NCBI GenBank assembly: GCA_046735055.1 | Contig: JBKPSO010000085.1 | Coordinates: forward strand, 1,543 to 65,542 | Reading direction: 5' to 3' | Source of the DNA: Actinomycetota bacterium | GTDB taxonomy: Bacteria; Actinomycetota; Thermoleophilia; Gaiellales; Gaiellaceae | DNA: 64,000 bases | Shown here: positions 1 to 9,458 of the stretch, in pieces | Layout: every line of letters begins with the position of its first letter | Numbering within the stretch: position 1 is the first letter of the stretch | The notes under the pieces: model-generated | What the model was told of the DNA's origin: nothing | Database searches by the model: none | Seen by the model: the letters and a program-made list of their open reading frames with translations, nothing else | Program-made: the position numbers and the translations under genes

Positions 1-588
1 GCCAACGACTGGGCGGGCATCCAGCAGGAGCTAACCCGGCTCGTTGCCGACGCCCGCGACGTGCTCGAGGCGACCAAGTTCTACAACGGCTCGGGGACGA
101 ACGAGCCGTTCGGGGTGCAGACCTCGCTGATGACGGCGCAGCGCGTCCAGACCGCCGGCGCCGGCGCGTTCGCGCTCGCCGACGTCTACACCTTCAAGCA
201 GGCGCTCCCGGCCCGGTTCATCGCCAACGCGAGCTGGTGCTGGCACCCGAACCGCCTCGACGCGATCTACCGCTTCCTTGCCGCCGGCAGCACAACGGAG
301 CCCCAGATCATGGCCGACGGGCGCGGCGGCCCCCTGCTCGGCAGGCCCGCCTACGAGTGGAGCGCGATGCCAACCGCGGTTACCACCGGCACCAAGATCG
401 GCCTGTACGGCGACTTCAAGGCGGGCTACCAGATCGCCGACCGGGTCGGCATCACCGCCGAGTTAATCGGGCACTTGTTCGGCCCGACAAACCGCTTCCC
501 GCTCGGACAACGCGGGCTGTACGTGTACGGTCGCACCGGCGCGAACGTCGTTGTCCCGAACGCGCTCCGCTACCTCGAGACGCTCTGA
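1..588 (+). CDS. Phage major capsid protein, HK97 family (5' end outside window)
   Basis: Frame 1 is open from base 1. The C-terminal sequence (GRPAYEWSAMP...GLYGDFKAGYQIADRVG...LYVYGRTGANVV) is typical of HK97-fold capsid proteins. Confidence 0.75.
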   Translation, partial: ANDWAGIQQELTRLVADARDVLEATKFYNGSGTNEPFGVQTSLMTAQRVQTAGAGAFALADVYTFKQALPARFIANASWCWHPNRLDAIYRFLAAGSTTEPQIMADGRGGPLLGRPAYEWSAMPTAVTTGTKIGLYGDFKAGYQIADRVGITAELIGHLFGPTNRFPLGQRGLYVYGRTGANVVVPNALRYLETL

Positions 589-770
589 TGGCCGCTCCGA
601 AGACGCTGGTAGCCACGAGCACGTTCACCACGCACGACGCGAAGACGAACGCCGAGGTGATCGTCCGCGCCGGCGACAGGCTGAAGGCAACCGACCCGCT
701 GGTCAAGGGTCGCGAGCAGCTGTTCGAAGCCGAGCAGGCCGAACGAAGTTCGGAGGAAGTGCGGCAGTGA
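588..770 (+). CDS. Small hypothetical protein coupled to the capsid gene
   Basis: Its ATG overlaps the capsid TGA (ATGA at 586-590). 60 aa, no recognisable domain. Confidence 0.4.
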   Translation: MAAPKTLVATSTFTTHDAKTNAEVIVRAGDRLKATDPLVKGREQLFEAEQAERSSEEVRQ

Positions 771-928
771 GGGCCTCCGATCCGGCGCCTCGTCCACGCC
801 GGGGCTTCTCCCTCAGCCGCGGTTTGATCTAGTCGCGTGGAGCGGCGGACGGACGGCATCGTGTCCGCCCGCTCCGCTGGCCTGCCACGAGCGTGCGCTG
901 AGCGTCCGCACGCGCAGCTGCTCGCCCG

Positions 929-1132
929 ATGGCGATGGAATACTTATGGCCCATGCTGATACCGAAGCACGAGATCGTTCGAATGCTTCGGAACGCAGGA
1001 CTGCCACACGTGGCAGAGGAGGCCGAGCGGTCGCTGCCCGACGAGGTTGACCTTGAGCGCGCGGCGGAGTTTGGCGCGCGCTACGGCATTACGAGAGACG
1101 AACTGATCAGCCGCATGGGAGGCAGTCCCTAG
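929..1132 (+). CDS. Hypothetical protein (67 aa)
   Basis: ORF with protein-like composition in the accessory region. No family recognised. Confidence 0.35.
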   Translation: MAMEYLWPMLIPKHEIVRMLRNAGLPHVAEEAERSLPDEVDLERAAEFGARYGITRDELISRMGGSP

Positions 1133-1462
1133 GCGACACTCCGGCGGAACCATCACGGCCCTGGTCAAGCACATGTCTGCCTTGATTGCGGAAGTCAGAA
1201 CATCGAAGCCGTTGAACTTGCGGCCCTACCCCTCGGGGGTGGGTATGCCTCGAACGGGAAAAGCACGGCTCCGTACCACGCCCGTTTTCCGCGAGAAAGA
1301 CCTGCAAATCGGCATGTTTTCTGCTGCCTAGCGTGGCAACGCAGAGCTCGATCGGCCTCTGCCACCCGCACGTTGCCGGGGCCGATGTAACAGTTTCTCG
1401 GCACCTGTAACGCTTCCGCGGCGCGCGCCTCGGGCGCCGCGGGCTCGCCCTAGAACGGCCGC

Positions 1463-1714
1463 ATGTGGCGCCCGGCCGTCGAGGCCTCCGGGATCGCCAG
1501 GCCCGCCCGGATCTACGACCTCCGCTCGACGTTCGCCTCCAACGCGCTCGCCGCCGGCGTCACCGTGTTCGAGCTCGCCCGCGTGATGGGCACGAGCGTG
1601 CGGATGATCGAGCGCCACTACGGTGCGCTCCTCGACGGGGCGCATAGCGTCATCGCCAGTCGCCTCGACGCCTTCGAGGCCAAGCAGACGACCGAGAAGG
1701 CCCGAGGCGTGTAA
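1463..1714 (+). pseudogene. C-terminal fragment of a tyrosine recombinase / phage integrase
   Basis: The 83 aa retain the C-terminal catalytic region (RSTFAS...MGTSVRMIERHYG with the terminal H-Y). An in-frame TAG lies 4 codons upstream, and the N-terminal ~250 aa are absent. Confidence 0.7.
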
Positions 1715-2013
1715 ACGCGCAACGCGCGCACCTAGGAACACGCAGGCGGCGGCGTTCTGACGGTAGAAAGCTGACCTGCGCCAGCGTTCCTAAGACACTC
1801 CGAGGGGAAGGGGCTAGAGCAGTGAGTCAGCCGCGAGGAAATCGTCACGGCGAGGTAAGTTCGTGGACAGTACAGGTGCGGTTGCCGATGGGCGGGAATG
1901 CCACCGGAGGAGGGGGCGGCCGCTGCTTCTGGCAAACCGGATCTGGCTGAAGAGGATCGCGCTCAGGCAAGTCCGCGCTCCCCGACTGGGGTCGGCAATG
2001 AGAAGGGCGCGGG

Positions 2014-2337
2014 TCATTCGGGTTTGCTCGTGTCGTCCCGAGGCGCCTCCGATTGCGGCTCTTGGGCTGCGCGCTCGGCCGCATACCGCGCTTCGTACCC
2101 ACGCCCCCGCCGTACCTCCTCGCGCTCCAGCTCAGCGGAGCGGTCGGCGTCCTCATGCTCCCGCGCTGCCTGCTTGCGCTGGCGCTCATGGTCGCGTTTG
2201 TACCGGAAGTAGCTGTCGGGGCCTGTGGACCGCCAACCCTCGCGAACCTTGTTGCGGACTTTACTGAGCGTGTCCAACACACCCATTGTTTCGCTCCTCA
2301 AACCGCGCCGGTGCCGCGCGATCGTCTCGTTGGGCAT
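2014..2337 (-). CDS. Hypothetical highly charged protein
   Basis: ORF whose start overlaps the stop of the upstream PRC-barrel gene (TGATG). Lys/Arg/Glu-rich, no domain recognised. The start could instead be the internal Met at about 2286. Confidence 0.4.
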   Translation of the reverse strand: MPNETIARHRRGLRSETMGVLDTLSKVRNKVREGWRSTGPDSYFRYKRDHERQRKQAAREHEDADRSAELEREEVRRGRGYEARYAAERAAQEPQSEAPRDDTSKPE

Positions 2338-2711
2338 CAGCGGCGGGCGAGGCGTCGTCCGCTCTCGGTATCGGGTGGGGTGTAGTTGAGCTCGTAGTAG
2401 TGGTAGAGGGCCGATTCGTCTCCCTGCGAGAGTTCCTCGCCGTGCTGCTCGATGTTAGGCGCGGACTTGATCTGCTCTCTCGTCACCGTCACCTGCAGCT
2501 CGTCTGGGCCGAGCTTGACCCCGCCGAGTGGGACGAAGGTCAGGTGGCGGCCGATGAAACCCTCCTTGACGGTGGCGAACTGCGGCTCGTCATTCTCGAC
2601 GTCGACATACACGTCCTGCAGCTTGCCGATCCGCTCGCCGTCGCGGTCGACCAGCATTTTGCCGTGCCAATCGGCGACGTTCCACTCAGCGTCCTCTTGA
2701 TGCTCGGTCAC
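2337..2711 (-). CDS. PRC-barrel domain protein
   Basis: LVDRDGERIGKLQDVYVD...FATVKEGFIGRHLTFVPL is a typical actinobacterial PRC-barrel sequence. Confidence 0.7.
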   Translation of the reverse strand: MTEHQEDAEWNVADWHGKMLVDRDGERIGKLQDVYVDVENDEPQFATVKEGFIGRHLTFVPLGGVKLGPDELQVTVTREQIKSAPNIEQHGEELSQGDESALYHYYELNYTPPDTESGRRLARR

Positions 2712-2946
2712 CGTCGTCGTCGCCTCCCGTATCTCGGCATCGGCTCGTCGGTCAGCATTCTAATACGCGGTCGCGGAATGGGCGCCGAAATCGTTCTGGT
2801 GGCGCATCAGAACTCACGGCTGGGCGAGCGTCCCTCACGCGCGGGGATCTAGCTCCAACGTTTGGGGCACTAGTGGGGCACGGCGCGAGCAACGTATGCG
2901 TTGCTCACCGAGCCGGAACCCGCATGGATACTAGGGTTGCGAGGGA

Positions 2947-3020
2947 TGGGCGATCGTGGATTCGAACCACGGACCTCCGCCTTATCAGAGCGGCGCTCTA
3001 ACCGACTGAGCTAATCGCCC
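2947..3020 (-). tRNA. tRNA-Ile (anticodon GAT)
   Basis: The reverse complement folds as a cloverleaf: acceptor GGGCGAT/ATCGCCC, anticodon loop CTGATAA, T-arm CGTGG-TTCGAAT-CCACG. 74 nt, CCA not encoded. Confidence 0.9.
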
Positions 3021-3125
3021 GCGAGGGCGGATTGTAGCGGCGGGGTGGGCGCCTCAGTGGACGACGCTCGTGCGGCCCGGGTAGTCCTCGACCGCGAGCA
3101 GGAAGGCCTGGTCGCAGGCCTGGAG

Positions 3126-3971
3126 TTACGGGCCGTAGCGCTCCAGGGCCTCGGCGAGCTCGGCGAGCTCGACGTCATCTGCAAACTGGATCTCCAGACG
3201 ACCGCGCGTCAAACGCACGGGCAGGCCCGTCAGCCGTTCGGCGGCGGCACGCACCCGCGCCGCGAGGGCCGGATCGACGATCGCGTCCTTGCGCCGCGGC
3301 TTCTGGCGGGCGCCTGCCCAGCGTGCCTTCCCCTCCGCCGCGCGCACCGACATGCCTGTCTTGACGATCTCGCGCGCCAGCCTCCGCCGGCCATCCTGAT
3401 CGGGCACCGCGAGCACGGCCCGCGCGTGGCCCTCGGAGAGCTCGCCGCGTTCGACCATCGCGAGCACGTCGTCCGGGAGGTCGAGCAGCCGCATGCGGTT
3501 CGACACGGACGGCTTCGAGTGACCCACACGCTCGGCCACGTCGCCGAGCGAGAGCCCGAACTCGTCGATCAGGAGCGCGTAGGCGCGTGCCTCCTCGACC
3601 GGTGAGAGCTGCTCCCGCGCCACGTTCTCGACGAGCGCGAGCAACAGCGAGTCGCGGTCGTCGGCCTCGCGGACAAGCGCCGGCAGCGTGGCGAGGCCGG
3701 CCTCTCGGGCAGCTCGCCAGCGCCGCTCGCCGGCGATCAGCTCCCAACCGCCCTCGACCCGGCGCCGGACGACGATCGGCTGGATCACGCCCTGCACGCG
3801 AACAGAGTCGGCGAGACCGGAGCCGGCCTCGGCGTCGTGACGCTTCCGCGGCTGGCGTGGGTTCGGGTGGATCGCCTCGACCGGCAGCTCCTCGAGCTCT
3901 GTGGCAGCCGCACCGCCGATCAGGACTTCCAGTCCGCGGCCAAGGCCACGCCGACTAGGAACGCTCGACAA
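3126..3971 (-). CDS. parB: Chromosome partitioning protein ParB
   Basis: GLGRGLEVL, ELIAGERRWRAA and an HTH region. I place the start at TTG 3971, overlapping the end of parA. The track ORF extends to 4127 with an implausible N-terminus. Confidence 0.85.
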   Translation of the reverse strand: MSSVPSRRGLGRGLEVLIGGAAATELEELPVEAIHPNPRQPRKRHDAEAGSGLADSVRVQGVIQPIVVRRRVEGGWELIAGERRWRAAREAGLATLPALVREADDRDSLLLALVENVAREQLSPVEEARAYALLIDEFGLSLGDVAERVGHSKPSVSNRMRLLDLPDDVLAMVERGELSEGHARAVLAVPDQDGRRRLAREIVKTGMSVRAAEGKARWAGARQKPRRKDAIVDPALAARVRAAAERLTGLPVRLTRGRLEIQFADDVELAELAEALERYGP

Positions 3972-4719
3972 GCTCCATCGCCACCTTCCAGTAGGCCTCG
4001 GCGCCGGCCGAGGTGCGGTCGTAGGCAATTGCGGGCAGGCCGTGGCTCGGAGCCTCGGCCAGACGGACTGACCGCGGGACAGTCGTCTTGAAGACGAGCT
4101 CGCCGAGGTGGCGGCGCAGCTCGGCATCGACGTCGGCCGAGAGACGCGTCCGCGCGTCGACCATCGTCAGGAGCACGCCGGCGATCCCGAGCCGCGGGTT
4201 CAGCCGCGCCTTGATGATGTCCACCGAGCGCAGGAGCTGGGAGAGCCCCTCGAGCGCGTAGTACTCGGCCTGCACCGGAACGAGCACGCGGTCGGCGGCC
4301 GCGAGCGCGTTCACGGTCAGGGGCCCGAGCGACGGCGGGCAATCGAGGAAGACGAAGGTGTACCCCTGACCCGCGCCCGCGAGCGACTCGGCTAGGAACC
4401 GCTCGCCGTCGTCGCGCCGCGCGAGCTCGACCGCCGCCCCGGCGAGGTCCGGCTTCGAGGGGACGAGCCAGAGGTTGGCGAACCGCGTCGGCTTCGCCAG
4501 CTCCTCGAGCGGCGCGCCGTCGAGCAGGTCGTAGCTCGAGGTGCCGTTCGCGTGCTCCCCTAACCCGGAGGTCGCGTTCGCCTGCGGGTCGAGGTCGACG
4601 ACGAGCGCCTTCTCGCCCGCCTCCGCAAGGCAGGCGGCAAGGTTGACGGCGGTGGTCGTCTTCCCGACCCCGCCCTTCTGATTTGCCACCGCGTAGACCC
4701 GCCCCGCCACCTCGAACAT
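3955..4719 (-). CDS. parA: Chromosome partitioning ATPase ParA/Soj
   Basis: Deviant Walker A NQKGGVGKTTT. ATG at 4719 is preceded by GAGGAAAG. Confidence 0.9.
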   Translation of the reverse strand: MFEVAGRVYAVANQKGGVGKTTTAVNLAACLAEAGEKALVVDLDPQANATSGLGEHANGTSSYDLLDGAPLEELAKPTRFANLWLVPSKPDLAGAAVELARRDDGERFLAESLAGAGQGYTFVFLDCPPSLGPLTVNALAAADRVLVPVQAEYYALEGLSQLLRSVDIIKARLNPRLGIAGVLLTMVDARTRLSADVDAELRRHLGELVFKTTVPRSVRLAEAPSHGLPAIAYDRTSAGAEAYWKVAMELVERS

Positions 4720-4750
4720 TCTTTCCTCGCGGGCGGACGGCTCCCTCCTC

Positions 4751-5398
4751 CTACGCGAGCGGGCGCTTTCGCGCCATTCCCGGTCGCCGGGGGAAGCCCG
4801 GTGGTGTCGGCTCCAGCTTGGGGAGGAGCAGCGCACCCGGATGCACCTCCGGCGCGCCGCCGCCGAGCTGGGCGGAGACCTTCGCGACCGCAGCTACGTT
4901 CGCGCTCGGCCCGACGAGCAGGATCGCCGCGCCGCCGGGGCCGACGAGCGGCAAGCACCACTCGGCCGCCACGGGCGGCGCCGCGAGCGCCTTCGCGACG
5001 GCGACCCCGAACCGGTCCGTCTCCTGCTCCTCGGCGCGGCCGTGCACGACCCGGACGTTCGGGAACTCGAGCGCGACCGACTCGAGGAAGTCGCGTTTGC
5101 GGCCGTTCGCTTCCAGCAGCGTCACCTCGCGGCCGGGGAGCGCCGCTGCAACCGGAATCCCGGGTGCACCTCCGCCCGAGCCGACGTCGACCACCGCGCC
5201 CCCGTAGCGCTCGACGAGCGGGACGACGGCGAGGCTCTCCTCCAGGTGGACGCGGCGGGCTTCCGCCGGGTCACGGATCGCGGTCAGGCCCGGCGTCGCC
5301 AGCAGGCGCTGGAGCCAGCGCTCGACTCGCGCGTCAGCGAGTGGACTCGACGACGACGTAGCGGTGGGGTTCCTCACCCTCGCTGCGCGTGCTGACAC
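4751..5398 (-). CDS. rsmG: 16S rRNA (guanine527-N7)-methyltransferase RsmG (GidB)
   Basis: SAM-binding VVDVGSGGGAPGIP motif, plus conserved position between jag and parA. Confidence 0.8.
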   Translation of the reverse strand: MSARAARVRNPTATSSSSPLADARVERWLQRLLATPGLTAIRDPAEARRVHLEESLAVVPLVERYGGAVVDVGSGGGAPGIPVAAALPGREVTLLEANGRKRDFLESVALEFPNVRVVHGRAEEQETDRFGVAVAKALAAPPVAAEWCLPLVGPGGAAILLVGPSANVAAVAKVSAQLGGGAPEVHPGALLLPKLEPTPPGFPRRPGMARKRPLA

Positions 5399-6032
5399 CT
5401 TCGACCTCCTTCAGGCGAAGGTGGACGATCCGGCGCTCGATCGAGCTCATCGGCTCGAGGTCGACCGACTCCCCGGACGCCTTGGCGTGCTCGGCGCTCC
5501 GCAGCGCGAGCGCCTCCAGCGTTTCCCTCCGCCGCTCGCGATAGCCGGCCGCGTCGACGACCGCGTCCTTGCGTTCGTCGCCGAGGGAGCGCCAGGCGAT
5601 CACGTTCGCGAGGTACTGGATCGCGTCGATCGTCTGCCCGTGCCGCCCGATCAGGAGCCCGAGGTCGCCGCCGGCGAGCGAGGCCGTCACCGCCTCGTCG
5701 TCCTCGGAGATCTCGATCCGGCAGTGAGCGCCGGCCGCGCCCGTGATCTTCGTCAGGAGCTCGCGCAGCAACGCTGCCAGATCACCCTCGTCGCCGGCGG
5801 ACTCGGCGGCAGATTCGGCGTCGACCGCCGCCACGGCGATGCTCGCCAGCACCCGGGCGGGCGCGTAGCCCACCCCGAGCAGCCCGCGCTCGCCCTCGGA
5901 GATCACCTCGAAGCGGACGCTCGACTTGTCGAGCCCCGGTACGAGCTGCTCGAGCTCGCGAAGGGCGTGCCACTTCGCCTCGCCGACCGTCTCGCCGGTC
6001 GCCTCGACCTCGAGCGGATCGCCTGCCGTCAT
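5334..6032 (-). CDS. jag: Jag/KhpB RNA-binding protein (KH + R3H domains)
   Basis: LLIGRHGQTIDAIQYL (KH) and a C-terminal R3H-like region. ATGA overlap with yidC. Confidence 0.85.
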   Translation of the reverse strand: MTAGDPLEVEATGETVGEAKWHALRELEQLVPGLDKSSVRFEVISEGERGLLGVGYAPARVLASIAVAAVDAESAAESAGDEGDLAALLRELLTKITGAAGAHCRIEISEDDEAVTASLAGGDLGLLIGRHGQTIDAIQYLANVIAWRSLGDERKDAVVDAAGYRERRRETLEALALRSAEHAKASGESVDLEPMSSIERRIVHLRLKEVEGVSTRSEGEEPHRYVVVESTR

Positions 6033-6838
6033 CTCCGCGCCCGCTTCTTCTTCCGCCTAACACGCTTCGGCGGGCCCGGCTGCGCCGGCGTCGGGCTGGG
6101 CTTCGGCGCCAGCGCCTGGCCATGCGGGGCGCCGCCGTCCTTCGGCGGGGTCCGCGAGCTGCGTTTCGGCGGCGGCTCCGGCTTCGGCACCATGCGCCGC
6201 GTGACGATGCCCTGGCCGACCGTCCAGAGGTTCGTCGTCATCCAGTACATGAGCAGCCCGACCGGGAACCGGGTGATCACGGGCACGAAGAAGACCGGCA
6301 GCACCATCAACAGGATGCGCTGGCTGCGCTGCGCGGCTGCGGAGGCGAAGTAGCCGGACGCGACCTGGCTGACGACGTAGATCAGCAGCAGGACGTACCC
6401 GGACCAGTGCGAGGTGATCTTGTGCGTGATGTTCGGGACGATCAGCCAGCCGAGCTCGGAGGGCTGCGCGGTGACATGCTTCGTGAAGTTGCGCAGAACG
6501 AAGTAGAGCGCGAAGAAGATTGGGATCTGGACGATCAGCGGCAGGCACGGCGCGGCCGGGTTGATGTTGTTCTCCCGGTAGAACTTCATCAGTTCCTCGT
6601 TCAGGCGCTGGCGATCGCCTTTGTAGCGCTGCTGGATCGCCTTCATCTCCGGCATGTGAGCCTGCATCGCCTGCGTCGAGTGGATCTGGCGCACCATCAG
6701 CGGCACGATCGCGACCCGCACGATGATCGTCAGCGCGATGATCGACCAGCCCCACGAGAACCCGACCGAGTCGTGGAGGTGCTCGAGCAGCCACGCAAGG
6801 GCGTTCTCGATCGGGGTGAGGATGCCGCCGACGATCAC
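6029..6838 (-). CDS. yidC: Membrane protein insertase YidC (short form)
   Basis: [14 protein letters not shown]...[14 protein letters not shown]...[20 protein letters not shown], with a basic C-terminal tail. GTG 6838 overlaps the yidD TGA (GTGA). Confidence 0.9.
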   Translation of the reverse strand: MIVGGILTPIENALAWLLEHLHDSVGFSWGWSIIALTIIVRVAIVPLMVRQIHSTQAMQAHMPEMKAIQQRYKGDRQRLNEELMKFYRENNINPAAPCLPLIVQIPIFFALYFVLRNFTKHVTAQPSELGWLIVPNITHKITSHWSGYVLLLIYVVSQVASGYFASAAAQRSQRILLMVLPVFFVPVITRFPVGLLMYWMTTNLWTVGQGIVTRRMVPKPEPPPKRSSRTPPKDGGAPHGQALAPKPSPTPAQPGPPKRVRRKKKRARR

Positions 6839-7125
6839 GGGCGCAAGAGGCGCCCCCGGCGCCTCGGTCTTTCGGCCCGGGCGTCGCCGGCTTCGCCGGC
6901 GGCGCTTCCAGGCCTGAGCACGCCGGGGTAGTCGACGCCCCCGCGGCTCCACGGATTGCAACGGAGCAGGCGCCAGACCGTCATCACCGTGCCGCGGATC
7001 AGCCCGAACTCGCGATAGGCGAGCGAGGAGTACTCCGAGCAGGAGGGGTAGTACTTGCAGACGGGCAGGCCCGCGACGCCCGGGTTCGGCACGAACGCCC
7101 TGACGAGCAGCGAGAGGTACTTCAC
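6835..7125 (-). CDS. yidD: Membrane protein insertion efficiency factor YidD
   Basis: [11 protein letters not shown]...RLLRCNPW motif. GTG 7125 overlaps the rnpA TGA (GTGA). Confidence 0.8.
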   Translation of the reverse strand: MKYLSLLVRAFVPNPGVAGLPVCKYYPSCSEYSSLAYREFGLIRGTVMTVWRLLRCNPWSRGGVDYPGVLRPGSAAGEAGDARAERPRRRGRLLRP

Positions 7126-7466
7126 GCGGCCGCCTTCCCGAGCACCTCGTCGACCCGCTCGCCGAGCCACGTGGCGTCGTGACCAGAGAGCGCCTCGCCG
7201 AGGGCCGGCCGCGCGATCAACACGTAGTCCCGACCCGCCGGCACCTGGCCGAGGCGCGCCCGCCAGGCCTCTCGGAGCCGGCGCTTGACGCGGTTGCGCT
7301 CGACGGCCGAGCCCGACCCTTTTGGCACGGCGATTCCGAGGCGAGGCTCGCCCTCGTCGTCACGCGGGAACCAGTAGAGGACGAGGAAGCGCGTCGAGAC
7401 CGAGCGACCGTGGCGGTAGACCGCGTCGAAGTCGCGGGAGCGGGAGAGGCGATGGCGGCGCTGCAC
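7122..7466 (-). CDS. rnpA: Ribonuclease P protein component
   Basis: [15 protein letters not shown]...[14 protein letters not shown]. Start placed at GTG 7466, just after rpmH. Confidence 0.8.
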   Translation of the reverse strand: MQRRHRLSRSRDFDAVYRHGRSVSTRFLVLYWFPRDDEGEPRLGIAVPKGSGSAVERNRVKRRLREAWRARLGQVPAGRDYVLIARPALGEALSGHDATWLGERVDEVLGKAAA

Positions 7467-7477
7467 CGCAGTCGCGG

Positions 7478-7612
7478 TCAGGCGGAGAGCCGCTTCCGGC
7501 CTTTCGCCCGACGGCGTTTCAGGATCATCCGGCCGGGGCGGGTGGACATGCGGGCACGGAAACCGTGCTTCCGCTTCCGACGTCGCACATTGGGCTGGTA
7601 GGTCCGCTTCAC
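7478..7612 (-). CDS. rpmH: 50S ribosomal protein L34
   Basis: My own translation of a short ORF not in the track: (V)[43 protein letters not shown], 44 aa, GTG start. Confidence 0.9.
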   Translation of the reverse strand: MKRTYQPNVRRRKRKHGFRARMSTRPGRMILKRRRAKGRKRLSA

Positions 7613-7697
7613 AGGAAGGTCTTCCTAGACAAGAGACAAGAAAACGGCGGCCTCCGGGGCCGCGGAAGGGCAGTATAGACAACGTTCTGCAGCCCAG

Positions 7698-7820
7698 TTC
7701 TCCACAGCCCTTCTGTGGACACCAGGCGGACACAAAGGCCGTGCGCAGAGTCGGTTTTCGCGCCCGTGAATCACCCTTCCAGGCGGCTCTGTCCACACCT
7801 GTGGAGAGCGGTGTGGACGT
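7698..7820. promoter_or_regulatory. oriC/dnaA-promoter DnaA-box cluster
   Basis: Five 9-mers with a TCCACA core in both orientations: 7698-7706, 7714-7722, 7789-7797, 7800-7808, 7812-7820. Confidence 0.65.
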
Positions 7821-7879
7821 GGGAGAAATCCCTGCAAAACTGCCATTTTTGGCCGTGAGAAAGTCCCCAGGAACGGCCA

Positions 7880-9289
7880 TTGGCAGACGCTCGACACGCT
7901 GCTATGCTCGGCCTCCTTTCGTCCAACGAAGGAGGCGGGGCCGCGCGGGTGGAGCAACCTATCGAGCTGACTGCAGAGACTCTCTGGACCGAGGTCGCCG
8001 GTCGGCTCAAGGGGGCCCTCAACGACTCCACATACCGCACGTGGTTCGGTGAGGTCGAGGGGTGGGAAGTGACGGACGACACGTTCGTCCTCGCCGTTCC
8101 GAACGACTTCACGCGGGAATGGATCGAGGGACACTTCCTCGAGTTGATTCGCGCCGCCGTCCGGGACGCAACAGGGCACCAGCGCCGCATCCAGTTGACC
8201 GTTACGGAGACCGGCGCCACGCCGGACGCGCAGGGTCCGCCCGTACAGCGGATCGGCGAGTCGGGCCTGAACACGAAGTACACGTTCGACCTCTTCGTGA
8301 TCGGCTCGTCGAACCGGTTCGCGCACGCAGCCGCCCTCGCCGTTGCCGAGGCGCCGGCACAGGCCTACAACCCGCTCTTCATCTACGGAGGCACAGGCCT
8401 CGGCAAGACCCACCTCCTCCAGGCGATCGCCCAGTACGTGATGGAGCACCCGGGCGACCTGTCGGTGCGCTACGTGACGAGCGAGACGTTCATGAACGAC
8501 TTCATCAACTCGCTCCGCGACAAGCGCATCGAGGGCTTCAAGCAGCGCTACCGGAACTACGACCTTCTGCTGATCGACGACGTGCAGTTCTTCGAGCACA
8601 AGGAGCGGATCCAGGAGGAGTTCTTCCATACGTTCAACAGCCTCTACGAGTCTGGGAGCCAGATCGTGATGTCGAGCGACCGGCCGCCGCGCGAGATCGC
8701 GACGCTCGAGGCACGCCTCCGCTCACGGTTCGAGTGGGGGTTGATCACCGACATCCAGCCACCCGATCTCGAGACGCGCATCGCGATCCTCCGCAAGAAG
8801 GTGAAGACCGACGGGATCCACGTGGCGGATCCGCAGCTCCTGACCTTCATCGCCGGCCGGATCTCGACCAACATCCGAGAGCTCGAGGGGGCGCTCACCC
8901 GTGTCGTCGCGTTCGCATCGCTGACCGGCCGGCCGATGACCGCCGACCTCGCCCAGGACGTGCTCAAGGACGTCTTCCCGCAAGGCGAGGTCGCTCAGGT
9001 GACGATCGAGCGGATCCAGGAAGTCGTCTGCGACCGATTCAGCATGAGCCTCGAGGAGCTCTGCAGCCACAAGCGCACGCAGAACATCGTCTATCCCCGC
9101 CAGGTCGCCATGTACCTCTCACGCGAGCTGACCGATTCCTCGCTTCCGAAGATCGGCAAGCATTTCGGCGACCGCGACCACACCACCGTCCTGCACGCAA
9201 ACGCCAAGATCCAGAACATGATCCGCGCCGACCGGTCTGTCTACAACCTTGTGCAAGAGCTGACCGCTCGCATCAAGCAGATCAGGTGA
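7880..9289 (+). CDS. dnaA: Chromosomal replication initiator DnaA
   Basis: AAA+ [11 protein letters not shown] and the C-terminal DNA-binding domain ([12 protein letters not shown]...[16 protein letters not shown]). The track start is TTG 7880. GTG 7949, preceded by GGAGG at 7931-7935, is an alternative. Confidence 0.9.
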   Translation: MADARHAAMLGLLSSNEGGGAARVEQPIELTAETLWTEVAGRLKGALNDSTYRTWFGEVEGWEVTDDTFVLAVPNDFTREWIEGHFLELIRAAVRDATGHQRRIQLTVTETGATPDAQGPPVQRIGESGLNTKYTFDLFVIGSSNRFAHAAALAVAEAPAQAYNPLFIYGGTGLGKTHLLQAIAQYVMEHPGDLSVRYVTSETFMNDFINSLRDKRIEGFKQRYRNYDLLLIDDVQFFEHKERIQEEFFHTFNSLYESGSQIVMSSDRPPREIATLEARLRSRFEWGLITDIQPPDLETRIAILRKKVKTDGIHVADPQLLTFIAGRISTNIRELEGALTRVVAFASLTGRPMTADLAQDVLKDVFPQGEVAQVTIERIQEVVCDRFSMSLEELCSHKRTQNIVYPRQVAMYLSRELTDSSLPKIGKHFGDRDHTTVLHANAKIQNMIRADRSVYNLVQELTARIKQIR

Positions 9290-9292
9290 TTC

Positions 9293-9458
9293 TGTGGACG
9301 CGCGCGGCACCGCCGGTAGGGCCTGTCCAGAACGCCCCGTTCTCCCCAGCTCCCGCCCACAGCGCGAAAACGGCATCCTGCAGGGAGAACGGACTGTATC
9401 CCCGGGTTCCACACTCTCTACGTACTACAAAGCTTTTAAATGAATAGAACAGAAGTAG
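9293..9458. promoter_or_regulatory. dnaA-dnaN spacer: DnaA boxes plus an AT-rich putative unwinding element
   Basis: TGTGGACGC at 9293-9301 and GGTTCCACA at 9405-9413. The only strongly AT-rich stretch I saw in the window is at 9424-9458 (ACTACAAAGCTTTTAAATGAATAGAACAGAAGTAGAAG). Confidence 0.55.

Noticed and set aside
2887-2906. Perfect 8-bp hairpin GAGCAACG-TATG-CGTTGCTC next to the tRNA, as a possible att site or ncRNA.
   Set aside because: It is an isolated short hairpin with no second copy in the window and no flanking T-tract. That is insufficient evidence for a function.
1-2946. Intact prophage.
   Set aside because: Within the window only a capsid gene, a truncated integrase and unrelated small genes are present. 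There are no terminase, portal, tail or lysis genes and no att repeat.
3126-4127. Extended 333-aa ParB and 293-aa ParA as given by the ORF track.
   Set aside because: The N-terminal extensions are low-complexity, overlap the upstream genes and precede well-positioned starts (TTG 3971; ATG 4719 with a strong Shine-Dalgarno sequence).
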